A DNA stretch of 63,908 bases, counting the filler. It is 7 parts of 7 records of this genome, joined end to end, with 100 filler letters (N's around TTAATTAATTAA, not from the genome) between each part and the next. Parts side by side here need not be neighbours in the genome. Positions count along the whole stretch, not along the records: positions 1 to 17,556 come from SRR31156797_40012; 6 more parts are not named here. The stretch is one strand, 5' to 3'. Numbering within the stretch: position 1 is the first letter of the stretch; each line of letters begins with the position of its first letter. The position numbers and the translations under genes are program-made. The notes under the pieces were generated by a model. The model searched no databases. It saw only the letters and a list, made by a program, of their open reading frames with translations, and was not told the DNA's origin. Positions 1 through 11,606 of the stretch are shown here, one piece after another.

Positions 1-15
1 CCGTCGGAGACATCT

Positions 16-2523
16 TTATTCCAATCCCATACCGGGATGATGTGCTGCGTCTTCCATGATTTCGCCGTGGCAGACGACGCAGGTTCCGTTGGCTCCAATG
101 GCTTGAGCTTCATCCATGTATTGGAGCGGCATGACATTGTCGCGATCAGACGCGGGATAGATGGCGTGCGGGCTGCCGTGACAGGCGCCGCAATGCATGG
201 CGTCCATCTCGTCGCGTCGAGCCGCATAGAGCGCGGCAGGGCCATCGGTCCAGGAGTTGAAAGCCGAGTCGGTTTCGGGCGGTTGGAAATCCACGTGGCA
301 GGTCAGACAATCTGGCTCATTCAGCCACGGTGTGCGTGGATTGATGGCGTCCTGATTGCCTAGAGTTTGTGGGATGATTAGACCGAGTAACCTGTCAGCA
401 CCGGGAATGGACTGGTCCTTTTCCGCCTTGAGCAAGGAGATCGCGTGATCTTCCATGGCTCCATGGCAATCCGTACAAACGAATCCGCCGAGGTCATGCT
501 GCCCGCGCAGGGTGGATTCCGGGTGACATTTGAGACAGGAATCCTCGGCCTCGCGTCCGGCGAGATACACGGCGTGAATACCATGAATGGCGGCGGACAG
601 GTTGAGCCGTTTGTCTTTGCCGTCCGTGTTCTGCATCGGGTCGTCATGACAGGACGCACACTCGACTACTCCCTTGCGATTGGAGAGATCGGTGCGGTTC
701 ATGCGGTCATGCACAGCCAGAATGTTTTCGACCGTGGCATTGGCAACACCTGAGTCTCCCTGTGCCCATTCGCCGCCGTGACAATTGCGGCATCCCATTT
801 GGTCGGAAGTAGGTAGTGCGACTCGGGCAGTGGCTAGAATTTCTCCGGCGTCGTTGCGTGCTTCAAGGTTGATAACAGGCAATGGATTGTATGCGCCATT
901 GGCCTGAGATTGAATGGCAAGTTTGGCTTCGAATCGTTCGAACTCTTCGTTGAGGGCGAGTGTGCCGGATAAGGGATTACCCTTGAAACCGTTTTCCACC
1001 TGATAGGTAATGACGATGTCTTCAAGCACACGTTCGGGGCCGGGACCGCGCAGGATGAGCTGTGCGCGTAACGTATTGGAAGGCGGCAGCAGGGTCCACT
1101 TGTCGCTTTGGGCATAGAATCCTACACCGCGTGCGCACCATGCCGTGAGTACGTATTCCGAAGTATCCGAGCCAAAGGCTACAGGCTCGACCGATTCCAA
1201 CTCCGGTAACTCTACCGGGTCCATAGGAGTCTTGTTGTTTAGTTCTTCGCTGATGTACCTGGCCAGAATCATGCGCTCGTCCGGGGTTCCGGCAAAAGGT
1301 GGCATGTATTTGTTGAGCTTGCCCATGCCAGTGAGCAGAGCGTCCAACCCGTTGGTGTTGAATACGGCGGTGCGTTTGCGAATATCGTTCATGGGACCGC
1401 CGATTGAATGGCAGGCGGAACATTCGAGCTGATACAGGAATGCGCCGGCTTGCTTCCAGTTGTCTTCGGTGATGCCTTCCTTGAGTTCCGGCGGTGCCCA
1501 TTTGGCAGAGGCAATGGCTCCGTTCTGGTTGATGATCGGCATATGCGCCTTGACGATGGACGTTGAATAGACCGTATCCCAGATAAGATACGGCTTGCGT
1601 CCGGCTTCGCGTACGAATTCAAAGGAACCGAAAAGTCCTTGTCCGGCCAGAAGAACGACCAGTGCCAGCGGGAAACTGATGAGTCGTGGGGCTCGGATGG
1701 CGAGCAACAGTCCTCCGATAAGTGTTGCCAGACTGAACATCCAGAACCATTGCATGAATGCGGCGACACGGTGGGATTTGAATGCGACCATTTCATATTG
1801 ACCGGCAGGGAGGGCGGCTATGTACCACCAACCTGACACAATGACGGCCAATACACCAAGGGTCGTCCAGACTGAACAGGAGCGCACCGCGAGCATGCGC
1901 GTGTCGTCGTCCTTGATGCGTGTAGCCGTAACGAATCCGAAAAGACCGGCACAGGCCGCGCTGAAGAAGGTGCGGAAGACCAATGAAGGCCAGAAAGACG
2001 GGTTAAAAAAGCCGTCCCAGAAGTCTTTGGTTTGCAACCAGTCTCCAGGCGTGAGCATGAAGCCGATGATGCCGTTGATGAGGAACAGGGAGAACCAACC
2101 GAAGATGAAATAAAGCCAGCCCACGATGACGTGGTCGCGGCGGTTCATGGTGTTCCATGTATAGTAATATATTATGAGCGCGACGATTTCGCCGAGGAAA
2201 CAGACCCACTCGGCAGCCCATCCAAATACGAATTGATGGATGAGTGTGATGGTCGCCTCAGGTGCTATGAGAGCGATGGTGAACCAGATTGCCACGCCGG
2301 ATACACCACCGAAAGCCATAGTCAGGAGCAGGAAAAAGCGGGTGTGTTTTTTTGCCCATTCAAGCAGGTGCATGTTGTTGGTGCGGTATGCCGCTTGTTC
2401 GGTCAGGACGAGGAACAGTCCCCCTCCGACAGCGAAATGGGCTACGTAGACGTGGATGGTCGCGATAAAGGCGATCCAGAAGCCGCCAGCCAGAGTCGTG
2501 AGTTGCCAGATGGGATATTCCAT
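16..2523 (-). CDS. Cytochrome bd subunit I (CydA)-like membrane protein fused to an octaheme cytochrome c region (OR-C type)
   Basis: About 9 N-terminal TM helices with IHVYVAHF, WAAEWVCFLGE and EFVREAGRKPY (GRQPW-like). Eight CxxCH motifs: CSACH, CRNCH, CASCH, CLKCH, CTDCH, CLTCH, CGACH, CVVCH. SD GAGGAG upstream. Confidence 0.85.
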   Translation of the reverse strand: MEYPIWQLTTLAGGFWIAFIATIHVYVAHFAVGGGLFLVLTEQAAYRTNNMHLLEWAKKHTRFFLLLTMAFGGVSGVAIWFTIALIAPEATITLIHQFVFGWAAEWVCFLGEIVALIIYYYTWNTMNRRDHVIVGWLYFIFGWFSLFLINGIIGFMLTPGDWLQTKDFWDGFFNPSFWPSLVFRTFFSAACAGLFGFVTATRIKDDDTRMLAVRSCSVWTTLGVLAVIVSGWWYIAALPAGQYEMVAFKSHRVAAFMQWFWMFSLATLIGGLLLAIRAPRLISFPLALVVLLAGQGLFGSFEFVREAGRKPYLIWDTVYSTSIVKAHMPIINQNGAIASAKWAPPELKEGITEDNWKQAGAFLYQLECSACHSIGGPMNDIRKRTAVFNTNGLDALLTGMGKLNKYMPPFAGTPDERMILARYISEELNNKTPMDPVELPELESVEPVAFGSDTSEYVLTAWCARGVGFYAQSDKWTLLPPSNTLRAQLILRGPGPERVLEDIVITYQVENGFKGNPLSGTLALNEEFERFEAKLAIQSQANGAYNPLPVINLEARNDAGEILATARVALPTSDQMGCRNCHGGEWAQGDSGVANATVENILAVHDRMNRTDLSNRKGVVECASCHDDPMQNTDGKDKRLNLSAAIHGIHAVYLAGREAEDSCLKCHPESTLRGQHDLGGFVCTDCHGAMEDHAISLLKAEKDQSIPGADRLLGLIIPQTLGNQDAINPRTPWLNEPDCLTCHVDFQPPETDSAFNSWTDGPAALYAARRDEMDAMHCGACHGSPHAIYPASDRDNVMPLQYMDEAQAIGANGTCVVCHGEIMEDAAHHPGMGLE

Positions 2524-2526
2524 GAC

Positions 2527-3570
2527 TTAGCTCCTCCCCTGCCGTGAATTGAAGTAGAGTTTGATCATGTAGGTTATGGCAGCGAGGCCTACGATCAGGA
2601 ATCCGAGGAAAAGATAGAAGGAGCCGTAGCGACCAGTTACTGGTGTTGACTCGATGGAGAACCACGGCGCGATGTACAGGGTGCGCAACCAGTGGCGGGT
2701 GCATACCATGAAGAAGACAGTGATGACCGCCCAGATGGTGGCTTTTTTCGGTTCTTTTTTGAAGCCTGCGATGAGCATGAATGCGGCGGCGATCAGTGAA
2801 GCGATTAATGTCCCGGTAGCCGGGATGTTCCGTCCCATGAATGCGAGAAGGATATCCTGAGGTAATGCGGCCAGAAACCAGATACCCACTGCCAGATTGA
2901 CCAGCGTTGCACGGGTGAACCAAAGCATACCGGTGTCGATCATGTCGTCGTTGGTTCGGACCTGACCAAGCAGGGCAACGAACAATCCGCCGATGGCGAG
3001 AGCTCCGGTCATGAAGTGGAGGAATCGAGGATAAATGACCGGGTCTGACCAATTGAGAAAAGCGCCATCTGTGTTGAAGTATTTCAGCCATGTTTCAGGC
3101 TGTAACATGATAGTCATGTTGTTGGAGAACATCCAGCCCACGTAGAGCAGGCCAAGAATGGACGCTGCGAAAAGTGCGGTGCGGACTGTGTTGCCCATGG
3201 ATTCGTATTTGAATTTATAGATGTAGAATCCGTAGTAGGAGAACATCAAGGCCGCGATGACGGCGAGCCACCATCCCCCCATAATAACGGAACTGACGTA
3301 ATCGAAGTGTCCGTAATTGACTTGAAGGAAGAGGAGTGGAGCCACACCCATGTTGATGGTCAGGGCAAGCAAAGGCGGTAGTTTCATACCGACTTCTTTG
3401 ATTATAACTCCTTGACCTCGCAGACTTTTTGTCAATCCTATGGCCGCCGAACCAAGTAGGGCGTTCATGAAAAGCAGGTGAGCCGTGAGGGTAACGATGA
3501 GCAGGATATCAAACCATGCCCAATGGATGGGTACAGGTTCGGCCAGTGGAATGAGTGATGCGGGATTCAC
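2527..3570 (-). CDS. Polytopic CydA-paralog-like second subunit of the cytochrome bd-like complex
   Basis: About 9 TM helices, HLLFMN near the N-terminus, YPRFLHF motif. Ends 3 nt before the CydA-like gene. GTG start. Confidence 0.7.
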   Translation of the reverse strand: MNPASLIPLAEPVPIHWAWFDILLIVTLTAHLLFMNALLGSAAIGLTKSLRGQGVIIKEVGMKLPPLLALTINMGVAPLLFLQVNYGHFDYVSSVIMGGWWLAVIAALMFSYYGFYIYKFKYESMGNTVRTALFAASILGLLYVGWMFSNNMTIMLQPETWLKYFNTDGAFLNWSDPVIYPRFLHFMTGALAIGGLFVALLGQVRTNDDMIDTGMLWFTRATLVNLAVGIWFLAALPQDILLAFMGRNIPATGTLIASLIAAAFMLIAGFKKEPKKATIWAVITVFFMVCTRHWLRTLYIAPWFSIESTPVTGRYGSFYLFLGFLIVGLAAITYMIKLYFNSRQGRS

Positions 3571-3757
3571 AGGAGTTCTCCTTCATATTTATCCAGACTG
3601 TGAACCGTATTATATATGGTAATTATTGTTAGTATACAACATTCTTTTTTCTTACCTTTGGTCTGACACAGGCAAAAAGTTTAATTATCATAGTGGTAAA
3701 AGGTTGAGTATCAGTGTATGAATTATATAAATCTTTTTTTAAAATACAGGGGGCGGT

Positions 3758-5926
3758 ATGAAAATCGGTTTTAAGATAACTTTTCTTGGTACAATTTTAA
3801 TAGGACTGACTGTGGCCTGTATCCTTGGCATTTTGCTTTGGCAGAGTGGCAATATGCAGGAAACGTTGACGGAGAGTTTTGATAAGCAGGCTCGACACGA
3901 AGTGGAATTGGCCGTTGTCGATGCCGGTAACATGTTGGCGACCCAGCACGCCACTTTGGCGAAGCAATTGGAGAACGACATGCATGTCGTTCTCGATATT
4001 GTTCGACGAAATGGGGGCTTTCATCTGTTGGATGAAACGGTTGATTGGAAGGCTGTGAATCAGATTTCGAAAAATACATCGACTGTTTCACTCGATAAGA
4101 TGGCTCTTGGAACAGAGTGGCTTGGGCAAAATGCTGATCCGAATGTCTCGACCCCCATGGTGGACGAGATCATGAAGATGACAGGAACCACCTGTACTGT
4201 TTTCCAGACCATGAATTCTCAAGGCGACCTGTTGAGGGTCGCGACCAATATCCTCAAGACAGACGGTAATCGTGCTGTTGGAACGTTTATCCCCAGCTCC
4301 AGTATCGTGGCTCAAACGGTGAAGTCCGGGCAGACTTTTCGGGGGACGGCTTTTGTGGTCAATGCGTGGTACCTGACGCAGTACAGGCCCATCAAGAATG
4401 CGTCCGGTACGGTGATAGGTTGTCTCTATGTCGGTATCTTGCAGGAGGGTGTGCAGGAATTGCGGCAGGGCATCAAGTCCGTTGTACTTGGTGAAACCGG
4501 GTATATGGCTGTTCTGGGAGGCCCGGGCAAGGGCGAGGGCGTGGTTAAAATGCACAAGGATAAGTCGCTTGAGGGACAGAATGTGCTTCAAACGACCGAT
4601 GCAGAGGGAAATACTGTTTTTAAAGAATTGATCGACGCCGCTAAGGCGAATGACGGAAAGCCTGTAACCAAAGCGGCCATGCTTGCCGATCGTGGGGGAG
4701 TTGAGCCTCGTGCCGTGCTTTTGAGTGCAACGTATTTCAAGCCTTGGAATTGGGTTATCGTGGGTACCGGGTATGTGGAAGAGTTTCTTGGAGGCAAGAG
4801 GGCTGCGGATGCGGCGTTGGATAGCACGACGTGGTGGACCATACTGATAGGTGTGGCCATGCTTGTGATTGGCGTGTTGGTATTTTTCTTCTTTGCCAAC
4901 AAGATGAGCCGTTCCATTGGCAAGGCTGTATCAGTCATGTCTGAGATCAGTCAGGGGAATCTGGATGTTCCCGCGCTTGATGCGGATACGAGTCGATTCA
5001 GGGACGAACTGGATGAGCTGGGTGAATCGGTTAACACCATGGGTGAGCGGCTTCGTGACATTGTGCATAATGTCCAATCTTCCGCGCAGAGCGTGACTCA
5101 GGGTAGCGCTGAATTGGCGAATACTTCGCAGTCGATTTCCGCAGGCGCATCCAATCAAGCTGCTTCTGTTGAAGAAGTCTCGGCGTCCATGGAAGAGATG
5201 ACCTCCAATATTGAGCAGAATACAGAGAACGCTCAACAGACTGAAGGCATCGCGCGGCAGGCCGCAGGCGATGCTTCCAAGGGCGGTGAGTCGGTGAGTC
5301 GGACGGTGGATGCTATGCGTCAGATTGCCGACAAGATTGCGATTATTGAGGAGATAGCCCGTCAGACAAACCTGTTGGCATTGAACGCGGCTATCGAAGC
5401 TGCCCGCGCCGGTGAACATGGCAAGGGTTTTGCGGTTGTTGCCGCCGAAGTGCGTAAGTTGGCAGAACGAAGCGGTGTTGCTGCCGCCGAGATCAGTGAG
5501 CTTTCGGCCAGCAGTGTCGATATCGCAGAACAGGCCGGGAAGATGTTGGGCAAGATGGTTCCAGATATCACCCGGACTGCCGAACTCGTTTTGGAGATAT
5601 CCACGGCTAGCCATGAGCAGACCACTGGTTCATCCCAAATCAAGAACGCCATTCTCGAATTGGACCGTGTGGTGCAGCAGAACTCGGCAGAGTCTGAAGA
5701 ATTGGCTGCTTCGTCCGAAGAACTGGCTGGTCATGCCGCTCAGTTGCAGCAGGTTATCGGTTTCTTCCGGCTTCGTGCAGGAACGACTGCCCCGTCTGCA
5801 TCGGTCAGCGTTAACCGTACCAATTCGCCCAAGCCGTTGCCTTCTGCTTCTCCCAAAACATCCCCGACTCCGTCCGGTATGAATCTGGATATGGGAGAAG
5901 ATGACTCTGGGTTCGAGCGTTTTTAG
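3758..5926 (+). CDS. Methyl-accepting chemotaxis protein (Cache-type sensor, HAMP, signalling domain, C-terminal pentapeptide)
   Basis: Two TM segments; [38 protein letters not shown] hairpin; C-terminal GFERF CheR/CheB-type tether. Confidence 0.95.
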   Translation: MKIGFKITFLGTILIGLTVACILGILLWQSGNMQETLTESFDKQARHEVELAVVDAGNMLATQHATLAKQLENDMHVVLDIVRRNGGFHLLDETVDWKAVNQISKNTSTVSLDKMALGTEWLGQNADPNVSTPMVDEIMKMTGTTCTVFQTMNSQGDLLRVATNILKTDGNRAVGTFIPSSSIVAQTVKSGQTFRGTAFVVNAWYLTQYRPIKNASGTVIGCLYVGILQEGVQELRQGIKSVVLGETGYMAVLGGPGKGEGVVKMHKDKSLEGQNVLQTTDAEGNTVFKELIDAAKANDGKPVTKAAMLADRGGVEPRAVLLSATYFKPWNWVIVGTGYVEEFLGGKRAADAALDSTTWWTILIGVAMLVIGVLVFFFFANKMSRSIGKAVSVMSEISQGNLDVPALDADTSRFRDELDELGESVNTMGERLRDIVHNVQSSAQSVTQGSAELANTSQSISAGASNQAASVEEVSASMEEMTSNIEQNTENAQQTEGIARQAAGDASKGGESVSRTVDAMRQIADKIAIIEEIARQTNLLALNAAIEAARAGEHGKGFAVVAAEVRKLAERSGVAAAEISELSASSVDIAEQAGKMLGKMVPDITRTAELVLEISTASHEQTTGSSQIKNAILELDRVVQQNSAESEELAASSEELAGHAAQLQQVIGFFRLRAGTTAPSASVSVNRTNSPKPLPSASPKTSPTPSGMNLDMGEDDSGFERF

Positions 5927-6026
5927 TTGTGTAAGTAATACTTTGTCGAGGTCCGTGCTGCATTGTGTGGCGCGGGCCTTGTTTTTTGGGTAAAAAGAAG
6001 AGAAAGTCCCCTCCAAGGAGAACCAT

Positions 6027-6797
6027 ATGGGCAAGATACTGCTTTTCGATGCCGGGAATACCAACACCAAACTTTGTTTGGCCGATGATCAAGGGCTGGG
6101 CGAGAGTTATACCCTGCCAACACGTCCGGCCAATACCGATGATGATTGGGGACTCAAAATCGAGTCTATTCTGCTCCGTGAGGATGTGGACCCGGCAGAC
6201 ATTGAAGCCTGCGTTATTTCCAGCGTGGTGCCGCCACTCGATCCGCTTATTTCCCGCATGGCGCGACGTTTTCTCAACTGTGAGGCGCTTTTTGCTGCCC
6301 GCGATTTGCCCATTGATATGGACAATGAATACGCTCGTCCAGAACAGGTGGGAGCGGACATATTGGTCGGGTGTTACTCAGCACGCATGACCTATGACGA
6401 CAAGAATCTTATCGTTATCGATTTCGGCACAGCTACGACCTTGGCCTGTGTCCAAAACACCGCGTTCAAGGGCGGGCTTATCTGTCCCGGCGTCCTGTCG
6501 TCTGCTGGAGCTTTGGCCGGAGGTACGGCAAAGCTTCCCAAGGTTGATCTGACGGTATCTGATGAGTCCTTGATGTGGGGTAAAACTACAGAAGAGTGTC
6601 TTAATCAAGGCCTTGTATTCGGGTTTGCTTCCATGATTGACGGCCTTGTCGACAAGTTGTCAGTTCAATTGAAAGATCCCTTTGTGGTGGCAACAGGCGG
6701 TTTGGCCCGAACCATTGCACAGGTTTCCGATTCCATCGACGAACTGCGTCCCGATCTGGTCATGGAAGGATTGTGGATGGCATATTATAATCGGTAG
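6027..6797 (+). CDS. coaX: Type III pantothenate kinase
   Basis: LLFDAGNTNTK, VGAD, IVIDFGTATT, GGLICPG and VVATGG motifs. Confidence 0.93.
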   Translation: MGKILLFDAGNTNTKLCLADDQGLGESYTLPTRPANTDDDWGLKIESILLREDVDPADIEACVISSVVPPLDPLISRMARRFLNCEALFAARDLPIDMDNEYARPEQVGADILVGCYSARMTYDDKNLIVIDFGTATTLACVQNTAFKGGLICPGVLSSAGALAGGTAKLPKVDLTVSDESLMWGKTTEECLNQGLVFGFASMIDGLVDKLSVQLKDPFVVATGGLARTIAQVSDSIDELRPDLVMEGLWMAYYNR

Positions 6798-6827
6798 CAG
6801 CGGTTTCATTTTGAAATTGGAGATATC

Positions 6828-7418
6828 ATGTTCAAACGCACCTCACTCATTCTACTGTTGCTTTTTCTTTTGATTGGTTGCGCCGAGAAGAAAGTTGAAA
6901 CAACTTCTCTTGCTTCGGCGACACTTCCCTATTCCATATATCTTCCGAGTGATTGGAAAGCCATTCCGGACAGCAAGGTCCTGTCGTCAGATTTCAAAGC
7001 CTTTGCCACATTGGAAGATGGTGTTTTTGGTGGGGCATATACCGGAGCGCCAACGGCAGATCTCCGTCTTCCACTGATGGGTTTTACACAACTGAATACC
7101 GGCAAGGTCTCAGTTTCCGAGTTCTATGTTGTGGCGGACGGGATAGACGATTTGATGATGAAAATGTCTGGGGATGAGGGTTTGAAAGCAGTCGTGAATG
7201 CGAAAAAATTTGATGAAAAGAGAAAATGCGTTTTGATGGATACGACAGTCTTTTACGAAGGTGGCCTTTCTCTTGATATTGATTACGCCATGTTTTTTAC
7301 CGAAAAGGGGCTGTTGTTGGCATTTGGTGCCGCTGCTTCTCAGGACAGGCAGACAAAAGACGTCATTCAACGCGCTTTTGCGAACTTGATTCTTTCGCCC
7401 GAACTTCAGTATCAATAG
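6828..7418 (+). CDS. Hypothetical lipoprotein
   Basis: Signal peptide with lipobox LIGC; SD GGAGA. Confidence 0.7.
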   Translation: MFKRTSLILLLLFLLIGCAEKKVETTSLASATLPYSIYLPSDWKAIPDSKVLSSDFKAFATLEDGVFGGAYTGAPTADLRLPLMGFTQLNTGKVSVSEFYVVADGIDDLMMKMSGDEGLKAVVNAKKFDEKRKCVLMDTTVFYEGGLSLDIDYAMFFTEKGLLLAFGAAASQDRQTKDVIQRAFANLILSPELQYQ

Positions 7419-7534
7419 TCTTTCTGTGAAATAATAACTGCACTTCCCCAATGGGGCATATATAGAATTGAGCATTGTAGGGTTTTCATCTAGAGTCCTG
7501 CAATCAAGACGTTAATTTTTTTCATCAATCATAG

Positions 7535-8833
<1,299 letters not shown>

Positions 8834-8851
8834 AAGAACGCATCACATAAC

Positions 8852-8881
8852 GGGCCGCTCATATGAGCGGCCCTTTTTTTT
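8852..8881 (+). terminator. Intrinsic terminator after eno
   Basis: Perfect palindrome GGGCCGCTCATATGAGCGGCCC followed by T8. Confidence 0.85.
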
Positions 8882-8895
8882 ACCCGGAGGTTTGA

Positions 8896-9306
8896 ATGAA
8901 GAAATCGCTGTATTCCCTGCTTACACTGACTTTTCTGCTTCTTGCTGCCAATGCCTTTGCCGGTGATATACCGGATATGAAAGGGACCTGGGTTTGCGAT
9001 GCAACGGTTGTGGCGAGTGTGGAGCGGGGGATTTATGAAAATCAGTCAGCTAAAAGTACTCTTGTTATCGAAGAGCAACAGGGCCGTGTTTTTACGGGGC
9101 ATAAAACGTGGGTCGTGAAAGGAAAAATCTTTACCGAAAAAATTGTGGGCGGCATCGCCTCGGACGGTGAAATTTATATTTCTGAAGAGAATGACGGCCA
9201 GATTCTGGGCGATCTCAACAAACGTGGCGACTCCTTTGTGGTTTTTTATGTGGAGAGCGGTTCCACGGCCAAGGTCGTTGAATTGACATACAAGAAGGCT
9301 CAATAG
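8896..9306 (+). CDS. Hypothetical exported protein
   Basis: Signal peptide ending AFA; SD GGAGG; DMKGTW-type beta-rich start. Confidence 0.75.
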   Translation: MKKSLYSLLTLTFLLLAANAFAGDIPDMKGTWVCDATVVASVERGIYENQSAKSTLVIEEQQGRVFTGHKTWVVKGKIFTEKIVGGIASDGEIYISEENDGQILGDLNKRGDSFVVFYVESGSTAKVVELTYKKAQ

Positions 9307-9330
9307 CCGTCCTCACATATCCAAGTAATG

Positions 9331-9363
9331 AAAAGGGCACTTCATATGAAGTGCCCTTTTTTT
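9331..9363. terminator. Bidirectional terminator between convergent genes
   Basis: 30-bp perfect palindrome AAAAGGGCACTTCATATGAAGTGCCCTTTT with A and T tails. Confidence 0.85.
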
Positions 9364-10711
9364 ATGCAGGAACGGTGGCCTCGGGCCTGACGTATCGATG
9401 TCTGTACTTCATGAAGAAGAATACGGACATTCCAACTGCCGCGATTTCTGACATGGGCACGGAGAGCCAGACTCCGGTCAGACCGAACAATGGCGGCAGA
9501 AGTACGATGAATCCCAGAGTGAAGACAAAGGACTTAAGAAAGGAAATGAGTGCGGATATCTTCCCGTTGTTTACGGAAGTAAAGAATCCCGAGGCGAGAA
9601 TACTGACGCCTTCGAGTAGGAAGCTGAAAGCAAAGATTGCCAGTGCGCCTTCGGCAATGGCTATTACGGCCTGTTCGTCCTTGGCAAAGAGTCTAATGAT
9701 GTCATTTCCGTAGAATATGGCAACGAGGAATGAAAGAATGGATGCCCCTACCATGATTAGTGTTGATGTGCGAACCAGTTCTCTGATCTTGGCGAAGTTT
9801 TGCCTCCCGTAGTTGAAGCTTATGGCTGGGGATACCCCGATGCTCAGGCCGATATGCACCGACGACAGTAGATAGTATGTGTACATCATGATGGAGAGTG
9901 CGGCTACGCCGTATTCACCAGCGTAGGAGAGTACAACGTAGTTGAAAACAAGTGTCTTCACGCCTGCTGATAATTCAGACACCATCTCGGATGATCCATT
10001 GACCATGGCGTTTCTCAGGAATCGGAAATCCATGGAGGGGCGTGCAAAGCGGAGCATCCGCGCTTTGAAGATGAAGTAGTAGATGCCGATGGCGACGGCC
10101 ACGGCGATGCCTGCGCTGGAGGCGAGACCTGCCCCACTGATTCCCATGTCGAACTTGGCGATGAGGATATAGTCCAAAGTAGCATTGGTCAGTCCTGCAC
10201 CCACGGTGGTGCAGAATGCCCAGCCGGGTCTGCCGTCCAGACGCATGAAGTATTCGACGGCCACTTGCAGTATGACCGCGCCCAATCCATAGATGATCGC
10301 GTTTAGATAGCTTACGCAATAGGGCAGAAGCTTGTCGGTTGCCCCGAGAAGATGTGCTACTCTGTCAGTGCCTATTCCCTTGACCAGAAGTATGATCCCC
10401 ACCATCAGGAAAATAAGCACGCTAACGGTTAACGCGAAGTGTGCGAAGGCCTTTTCCGATTGTTGCTTACCGAGTTCAATGCCGATGATAGCGCTGGCTC
10501 CGGCGGCGAACATGACACCCACTCCGAAAGTGAGGCAGAAAAGGGGCATGACGATATTGACCGAGGCCATGGCGAGAGGGCCGGCGTACCGTGCGATGAA
10601 CTGGGCGTCCACGATCGTGTACAGCGAAATCGAAATCATGCTGAGCACGGACGGAGTGACAAATTTGGCGTAATCCAGTGCGGACCACTTTCTGCTAAAA
10701 AATTGTTCCAT
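9362..10711 (-). CDS. MATE family efflux transporter
   Basis: About 12 TM helices; LYTIVD, MASVNIV, LDYILI..FDMGISGAGLAS, ISFNYG and GLTGVWLS motifs. Confidence 0.93.
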   Translation of the reverse strand: MEQFFSRKWSALDYAKFVTPSVLSMISISLYTIVDAQFIARYAGPLAMASVNIVMPLFCLTFGVGVMFAAGASAIIGIELGKQQSEKAFAHFALTVSVLIFLMVGIILLVKGIGTDRVAHLLGATDKLLPYCVSYLNAIIYGLGAVILQVAVEYFMRLDGRPGWAFCTTVGAGLTNATLDYILIAKFDMGISGAGLASSAGIAVAVAIGIYYFIFKARMLRFARPSMDFRFLRNAMVNGSSEMVSELSAGVKTLVFNYVVLSYAGEYGVAALSIMMYTYYLLSSVHIGLSIGVSPAISFNYGRQNFAKIRELVRTSTLIMVGASILSFLVAIFYGNDIIRLFAKDEQAVIAIAEGALAIFAFSFLLEGVSILASGFFTSVNNGKISALISFLKSFVFTLGFIVLLPPLFGLTGVWLSVPMSEIAAVGMSVFFFMKYRHRYVRPEATVPA

Positions 10712-10752
10712 CAAATCTATTCCTTGAAAGGGTGTTTTTCTTTCTTGAATGG

Positions 10753-10783
10753 AGCATGTGGTATATAGTAACTATAGGGTCAA
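10753..10783 (-). promoter_or_regulatory. MerR-type promoter/operator of the MATE gene
   Basis: Minus strand TTGACC - 19 bp - CATGCT. The spacer contains the dyad TATAGT-N-ACTATA (10764-10776). A 19-bp spacer with a dyad is the MerR hallmark. Confidence 0.75.
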
Positions 10784-10802
10784 GCAAAAAAGGCAGAAAG
10801 TA

Positions 10803-11606
10803 ATGAAAATCAGGTTTTCCACGGGCGAAATGGCAAAACATTTTGGAATCTCAAAACAAACACTCATATATTACGATACAATAGGCCTTTTTAAGCCACG
10901 GTGGACAAATGAGGAAACCGGATATCGGTTCTATTCCATCGAACAGAATGAGATACTGGATACGATTCTTGCGTTGAAAAATCTTGGTATGCCGCTCAAG
11001 AAAATTCGTGATTATTTGAATCTGCCAACAATTGAAGAGCGCATTTGCCTGCTTGAGAAGCAGGAGGAGCGCATTAAGAATAAAATTAAAGTCATCACCA
11101 GAGCGAGGAAACGGGTCAATTCCATGCTTGATGCATTCAGAGATCGTTCGAAAATTGTTCCTTTCGAGATGGGGGTCAAGCGAGTGGAGCAAAGAAGTCT
11201 GTTCAGTGAATCTGTCAGCGAGCCGTATGACCTATATCAATTGGAAATAGCTATTAAGCGGCTCCTTGAAAGAACACAGGCACGGGGAGATACCGATTTG
11301 CATGAATTCATGGGGGTGGTGGATGCCCCTGCTGTAAATGTGCGGTTATTCATGAAAGTAGGACAATATGTGAAGTCCGGCGGCAATGATCGCCTTGAAG
11401 CCGGGGATTATGCCTATATATACCATAAAGGATCGTACGATACGGTTTATCTTTCACAAAAGAAGCTTGAGAATTTTATGGAAGAGATGGGACTTGAAAA
11501 AGTCGGGTTGATTTATGAAAATATCATGTTGGATTATTTGGCTGTGTCAAACGAGGATGACTATCTCATTGAAGTGATGGTGCCTGTTGTACGACGGATT
11601 TCTTGA
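10803..11606 (+). CDS. MerR family regulator with GyrI-like ligand domain (BmrR/BltR-like)
   Basis: FSTGEMAK..GISKQTLIYYD.IGLFKP...GYRFY HTH; C-terminal YAYIYHKGSY. ATG 10803 preferred over 10749. Confidence 0.9.
   Translation: MKIRFSTGEMAKHFGISKQTLIYYDTIGLFKPRWTNEETGYRFYSIEQNEILDTILALKNLGMPLKKIRDYLNLPTIEERICLLEKQEERIKNKIKVITRARKRVNSMLDAFRDRSKIVPFEMGVKRVEQRSLFSESVSEPYDLYQLEIAIKRLLERTQARGDTDLHEFMGVVDAPAVNVRLFMKVGQYVKSGGNDRLEAGDYAYIYHKGSYDTVYLSQKKLENFMEEMGLEKVGLIYENIMLDYLAVSNEDDYLIEVMVPVVRRIS

Noticed and set aside
3571-3757. GntR/Rex-like sites between the bd-like operon and the MCP (TAGTATACAA, TGGTCTGACA)
   Set aside because: Short imperfect matches in AT-rich DNA with no cognate regulator nearby; not supportable.
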